NCBI GenBank assembly: GCA_043228905.1
Contig: JBHGNT010000004.1
Location: 3,596,001-3,660,000, forward strand
DNA from: Azolla caroliniana
Taxonomy: Eukaryota > Plantae > Polypodiophyta
Reading direction: 5' to 3'
Length of the DNA: 64,000 nucleotides
Shown here: in pieces, positions 57,477 to 64,000 of the stretch
Layout: each line of letters opens with the position of its first letter
How positions within the stretch are numbered: position 1 is the stretch's first letter
The notes under the pieces: generated by a model
Told to the model about the DNA's origin: nothing
The model's database searches: none
What the model saw: the letters and a program-made list of their open reading frames with translations, nothing else
Position numbers and translations under genes: made by a program

Positions 57477-60400
57477 ATGGGGGTTGCAGCAAGCTGCATC
57501 AGGATCAGAGATGACGCAGAGAAGGATCTGTTACTTGCAATCGGAGAAGGGGACATAAATCACGTGAAGGTTCTTCTCACATCTAAGCCGAAGCTTGTCA
57601 ATAGTGTTATGACCTCACTGCCACCTCTTCATCATGCCGCTTCTCTGGGGCAACCTGAGGTAAGTACCTAGCTCTCCTTTTCAATTGGAATGTCATAAAC
57701 GCCCATAGTATGTATAAGTATTGCATACGCTCATAACATGATCTTAACATAAAGCTAAGGTTTTAGGTAATCATGGTCTAGACATATATTATGCTCATAA
57801 GATACATGTGTATATTGTGAGCGTATGCATAAGCTATACAATTAGGAGTATACATGTTTGTGTGGTACGAGCATATCCGTAAAACCACTTTATGTCGATG
57901 TCTGTGCATATGCATTAGGTCTTATGTAAGGCTAAGTTTTCGTTCATTACCTAGCCCCCAGATGGTAAGAATGTTGCTGTCTACATCATTTATTTCATTT
58001 ATCATGTTTATTAGTTTAATTATGGAATTAGGAGAGTGATATATCTATATCTGTATATCTGTATATCTATATATCTATATATCACACACGTGATTCCATA
58101 AGCACATGTGTAATGGAATTATTGGGTAACAATTCCTTAGGAAGCTTAAATTCTATGCGGCATGATGGGCCATTTTCTTTATTGTTACCACGAGTATATG
58201 TATAACTAGATAATAATTTGATGTTCCTGTCCCATTACGATTTTGGTTAGCTTAGGTTCTCATCATTTTGTGAAGAACTGAAATACAAATTTATGTAGAT
58301 CTGCTACATTATAGATCTTAGTTAAACCTTTACTATCTATATGTGGAGCTTGGTTAGTCAAGAATGTAACTTTTGTTGATGTTATGAGAATTCCTCATTA
58401 AGTTAGATTATATGATATAGGTGCTCTCACTCTTACTGGAGAATGGGGCGAAAGTTGATGCATTAAACCATCGAAAACAGGTAACCACAAACAAATCTGA
58501 ATTTTCTTTCAATCAATAATTCTTGGTAACCAAAAGGAGATACTTGTTTATTTTTTGGGTTTCAAATGCATAAGAATTTACATACTTTGTCCATTCAGAC
58601 AGCCTTAATGCTTGCCTGCAAGAATGGAAGAGCAGCTTGTATTGAACGGCTGGTAGAATGGGGAGCTAATGTGAGTATAGCATGCTTTATTTGTTTAGGT
58701 GAGTGAAAGCTAATGATTTACCTTTTTACCGAATTCTTGCAATCTTATGGACTGTTTTTTTATAGGTTCTCATATTTGATGCATCCCATGAGAGGACTTG
58801 CATTCATTATACTGCAAAAAGTGGTCATCTACAGTGTCTTCAGATAATCTTAAGTGCTGCTAAATCTTCTTCAGTTGCTCAAACTTGGTAAGAACTTGTT
58901 CATGCTTCATAAATTTCAATATTGGTCTGATGGGTCAAATCATTAATCAGGTAGCAATACTGTGGTATTATCACCCAAGGACTACTTAGATAATATCATT
59001 GATCAAATAGCTTTTTCCACAGGCCAAATTAATTGTTGCTTATCATGTCAATATGTATCAGTCTGTAAATCTCAATTAAAGATCTGAAAGTACAAGAGCC
59101 AACAACATATTGGCTCCATCTTTAAAACGTGTAGTTGTTGTTGCTTGCATAATAAATTATACTAGTCAAATTGGTTATGATATTTGTGCTTTGACTCTGA
59201 TACTATTACTCATTTTGAGTGTTAACAATAAATGGTGTCTATATTTATCTATAGGGGGTTCGCACGGTTTGTAAATGTTATAGATGGAACCGGAGCTACT
59301 CCACTACACCTTGCAGCCATGTCTTCTCATTCAGCTGTTGTCCGATTATTGTTAAGTAATGGGGCTTTGGTTAGTGCAACAACTACAAAGACGGGGAAAA
59401 ACAGGTCTATATAAACTTTTCTCTGATTTCTGCTGAAATATTATTCAGTTTATTAATAATTGATTAGGGTCAAACACCAAAATCCCTTTAATTTACTGGG
59501 TTTTAGAGAGGTGTATTTCTAGTGGTATTTGAAAACATAGGAGTATTCTGGTAAATACCCCACAAATGAGGGCTAGTTTGTTTTTTTGCCTAATTTATGT
59601 TCTTTCTGAATTATCATGTCATCATTTTGATTATAAGATGTAGAGAATAGGCATTGTTATGGTCCCTACAATGTCTGGGCTACTGTGACAAGGTCCTAAT
59701 AGTGGTAATGCACTTGATGATAAAAAAGAGGGTTCAGTTGATTAGGGTCAAACACCAAAATCCCTTTAATTTACTGGGTTTTAGAGAGGTGTATTTCTAG
59801 TGGTATTTGAAAACATAGGAGTATTCTGGTAAATACCCCACAAATGAGGGCTAGTTTGTTTTTTTGCCTAATTTATGTTCTTTCTGAATTATCATGTCAT
59901 CATTTTGATTATAAGATGTAGAGAATAGGCATTGTTATGGTCCCTACAATGTCTGGGCTACTGTGACAAGGTCCTAATAGTGGTAATGCACTTGATGATA
60001 AAAAAGAGGGTTCAGGGGTCTGAGCTCTGTCTAATCAAGGGTGTGTTCATATGCTAGGAAGACTAAACTCTTATTAAGGACCTTTTACACTAAGCCAAAC
60101 ATTGCAGGCATGCATCTGGATGTGAAGAGACATAATAAACATTATAATTCTGTAGAGAATTTTGCTGATTTTTTTTATTTCGTTCTGTCTTATATTTTCA
60201 GCCTTGCACTTGCAAGTACACCTTTGCATTTTGCTGCCCAAGGCGGGTCAACAGAATGCATAAAAGAGCTTTTAGCATGGGGTGCAGATAGGCTGCAAAG
60301 AAACTCACAGGGGTATGATATTATTAGGTTACTTCGGTTTTAATCAAATTGATGCATGTACAATGTGGCATTTGGCTAAATAAGCTATTTGAAATTTGTT

Positions 60401-61517
60401 CCAGACATACTCCTTTTTATATAGCTACAAAGCATCGTAACATGGCTTGTGCGGCTCTCCTCAACCCATTGACGTCTGAACCTTTGGTGTGGCCATCTCC
60501 ATGGAAATTCATGAACAATCTTGATCCTGAAGCTAAAATATTGTTGGAGACAGCTTTGGCACAAGCCAATGACGCTTGGGAAAAGCAAATACTCTCATCA
60601 AGCGGGGTTTATGATGTGGTTTCTGATGATTCGCAAGTACATATCAATGAGGTTGGATAATGGTGCTCATTGTGCCCTACTCACATGCACATATACATGT
60701 TTTACTTCGCCTTCATTTTAGCAGAACACCAGAATACATGCATCTATGTTGAAATGATTGCCAGAATACCATTTGGAGATAGTAAAGTTTGGTATTAAGT
60801 GGGGTATTGTTGCAAATAGCTGATAAATTAGGGTTTTTTGGTGTTTTTACCTTTATTTATGTTTGTTAATGGGTGGTGGATGATTTCCGTCTTGAGTGTG
60901 GTCCTGATTCGACCTACCAAACCCTCGCTTAGATGCAATGACTGAACTACTAGGCCGACACTTTGGTTCTTAATTTACCCAAATTTAATTACCAATGCAA
61001 CTTGATCTTTTGCTGATATGGCGTTATTGATGGATGTCTTATTCAGGATGATGATGATGAGGACGAGGTGGAAATGTGTTGCATTTGTTTTGAGCGAGCA
61101 TGCACTATAGAAGTCCGAGATTGTGGTCATCAAATGTGTGCGAGCTGCACGCTGGCTTTGTGTTGTCACAACAAACCGAACCCAAGCGTGCAATCTTCTC
61201 CGTCTCCGGCATGTCCTTTTTGCCGTCAAAATATCGAGCATTTGAAATTGGCAAAGCCTATCCAAGTAGTGACAGAAGAAGAGGCCGATAAGGAAGAGGA
61301 CAAGCAACAAATGGTGGAGAAGCTGATTCCCACTAACCGATCGAAAAAGCCGATTGATGCAGGTAGTAGTGGTAGTTTGAAGGGATTGGTTAGCAAAGGT
61401 TCATTTCGATTACTCTCGTCTGCAAGGGGCTCCAATAGGGTAGCAGATATCAATTGGCAAAAAGAGAGCTCTTCGGAAGAAGATGCATTATGTTCCTCTG
61501 AAATTTGCTTCACTTAA
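57477..61517 (+). CDS. XBAT31: Ankyrin-repeat RING-HC E3 ubiquitin ligase, XB3/XBAT31-like, 8 exons, ~471 aa
   Basis: Exons 57477-57659, 58421-58480, 58599-58670, 58766-58887, 59255-59404, 60202-60312, 60405-60651 and 61047-61517 join in frame (1416 nt). Features MG..SC N-terminus, ankyrins, WGFARFVN, LLAWGADRLQR, EPLVWPSPWKF and RING CCICFERACTIEVRDCGHQMCASCTLALCCHNKP..PACPFCR. Confidence 0.95.
59460..60015. repeat. Apparently exact 278-bp tandem duplication in XBAT31 intron 5, including a MITE-like element
   Basis: 59460-59737 is repeated at 59738-60015 (ttgattagggtcaaacacc...aaaaaagagggttcag); no differences seen by eye. Confidence 0.95.
60721..60851. mobile_element. Foldback MITE-like insert in XBAT31 intron 7
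   Basis: aacaccagaata...ttttttggtgtttttacc ends with an internal gaatacc/gggtatt pair; same family as 31299-31488. Confidence 0.55.
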
Positions 61518-62639
61518 AATAGAACCCACAGTGAGTATTGATTCTTATATGTACCATGTAGATACGTGTGAATGCCCATTTTGTTGACATTGCGATGTTT
61601 GATGGTCGTGGCCTTCATATATGCAAAATATTGGGCCAGCATCACACGTCGATGATGGAACAAGAGGTTTGTATTAGGCATGATTGTAATAGGTGCCGGT
61701 TGTGGGAGTAGGGTAGTGTCAAGCAAGCGAGAATGCGTAAAGAGTAAAAAAGAAGATATGTAAGCAGTTCCATACTCATAATGCATTAGATGTCATGCAT
61801 ATGGTGTTCTCTGATAAACATGAGCTCCTTGCCTTGGAGGTGAGGATATACCTCTTAATATTGTATTTTTCACATTATCCTCGATTGTTCACAATTAACA
61901 GTCTTTAAGGCATGTTTCACATGCATATAATACTCTCACTTCCTATTTGTCAACATTCCTCTTAATACCAATACAAGTTGAGAGAGAATGAATAGCCTGA
62001 TTCTTTTCTAGTAAGAGGAAGATTTCAATTTAAGTACCTCATTCAAGAAAGATTTCTTACTTAAAAAATCTAATCTCCATTATTGTTAGTTATGAGATGG
62101 GCATAACTTCTACGGGTGGTTCTTTTTGCTTATATAGTCATGCCTTGACTTGTTCATCTGGACAAACTTCATGACCTTGTTAGCTTCTTATTCTTCACAA
62201 ATGCTTCTACATCGCCCCATTCATTAGATCTCAAGATGAGCTTTTTGTTTGATGGGATTTTGATTTTTTGGTAGGGTATATTTGTCATTGACATAGATGT
62301 TGATGATGAGGGAATCATATGCTTCGAAAATGGCACCACGTCTCTATTTAATGACGAGGGAACCATTTCCTATGTAAAGGTTTAACTCACATAAAGGAAG
62401 ATATATGAACGTTAATGACATAATTGGAGAAAGAAACAATGCCTTGTAGTTTAAGAAAATAAAGTAAATGTTTACTTCTTGTTAGTAATATGGATTTTTC
62501 TTTATCATACACTTATATTTGCACTACCTGTCACACCCATCTTGTTGTAATTGACTACAAAATAACGCAAGCAAAGTTGTCGAAGAGTTGATTCTAACAT
62601 CAACAACGATGTGATAGAGTGACTATAGTGCATGTAAAG

Positions 62640-62790
62640 GATGTGTTTGGTAAGTTTTCAATAAATCAATAACCAAGGTGGAATGCAAACATTGTATGTG
62701 AAAAAGCTTTACAAGGAGTATTTTGATGTGATGATAATGTGACTAAGGGCTGTAATATATTGAATATATCACTTGGTAGCTTTGTTCAAC
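62640..62790 (+). mobile_element. Possible BED zinc-finger (hAT transposase N-terminal) relic
   Basis: ITKVECKHCM*KSFTRSI...YHLVA resembles the BED motif V.C..C.K.F.GGI...K.HL. Confidence 0.35.
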
Positions 62791-64000
62791 CAATGGTTAC
62801 AACAATATTGTAATGTTGAATGCTATTTTAGCATAATTTGTCTATTAGTTTGTAACATTGTAATACTTTTACATGTATGGCAATGCTTAAACATTGTGCT
62901 AATGTAGATAACGCTTCTACATTTCTTTTGATATAATACGAATTTGTCACTAAATTATGTACCATATTGAATATGAGAATACAAAACATGTTAAAAGAAT
63001 ATGTAAATAAATAATTAACTTTCTCGACATAAATGTTCATTTCATATATCAACTTGCCTTTATATATGAAATGAACATACATCTAATCACTTCATTTCTC
63101 CCAACCATCTTCAATGATTTATCCATTCCATTACAAACTTGCTTTATGTATTTAAACCAATTGAAAAATACTAGGTCACTTATGGTAGTCTCTTGAAAGC
63201 TTGAAATCAATTATGGTGCCAAAGAAATACTTTTTAGAGCAATTGCGTATATGGGAATGTCTAGAGTTGTGTCACAACATAATATTCTCCCTTTCTCCTC
63301 ATTTATTTATCTCAATTCTTAAATAAACAACCCTTTGTACTCACAACAAGAGTAATATCATGATATAATAATCTCCATTGTATTAACAAACATGTTTATA
63401 CAACATCGTAGTTGGGGACAACGTAGAGGTCAAAATATTGACGACAATAACAAATTTATGACTATATACATGCATGACATTAATAAAATGTAATAAAATT
63501 CAAAACACTCATCATTACCAAGTGCATACAAGAACATTATCCGCTTTTAGACTTTCTTAAAATTTGAAATAATTTAGGTTGTAGAAAAGTGTATTTTTGG
63601 TAGGCACGTCGATAAATTGTATGAGTGAAGTTGTCTAGATCAAGAAAACGCGTCAAGTGATTGCTCACTTTCTTAGCCACTTATTATTAGTGTTAAAGGA
63701 GAATAAGTTTATTAACATCTCTTAAGAAGCCATGGTGGCATATAAGACCAAAACAAATAACATAATGTATCTTGTCCACTAGTTTGAGAAATGATCATTT
63801 ATGAGAGAGAGAGAAACCAAGATTGGTCTTACCAATCCATTCCGAAACTCCATGAGATGCTTCCTCTCAAATGTGCTATTGTGGTCGAGGAACCTCAACT
63901 CAACCTTGCAATGGTTCCCATAGATGATTCTTAATCTATTAGTGGATCGGGTGTGTCATTCTTCTCGCAAGTGCTCTCGATTGTCTCCACAACCCATTGT

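Overview
AT-rich eukaryotic nuclear DNA from a land plant, most likely a seed-free plant with flagellated sperm such as a fern. This is inferred from an intact CFAP299 gene alongside a PLS-class PPR gene and typical plant genes. Reading GT-AG junctions by hand gives five intact genes: a TTL-type TPR/thioredoxin-like gene (-, 7 exons), the PFP alpha subunit (-, 19 exons), a PLS/E-class PPR gene (-), CFAP299/DUF4464 (-, 11 small exons, almost invisible in the ORF track) and an XBAT31/XB3-like ankyrin-RING E3 ligase (+, 8 exons). The first ~16 kb is a repeat-rich accessory region. It holds a decayed array of a divergent secreted L-type-lectin-like gene (one frameshifted copy, three relics), L1 and RTEX-like LINE fragments, Copia and Gypsy LTR remnants, and long microsatellites. 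Best leads: hidden 5' exons placing the PPR start ~370 bp after the CFAP299 stop, the lectin-like array, a foldback MITE-like family in introns of three genes, a covarying LINE 3' stem-loop, and a dispersed motif cluster around PFP exon 1. No CRISPR, rRNA or intact tRNA was seen, and no novel system is proven from sequence alone.
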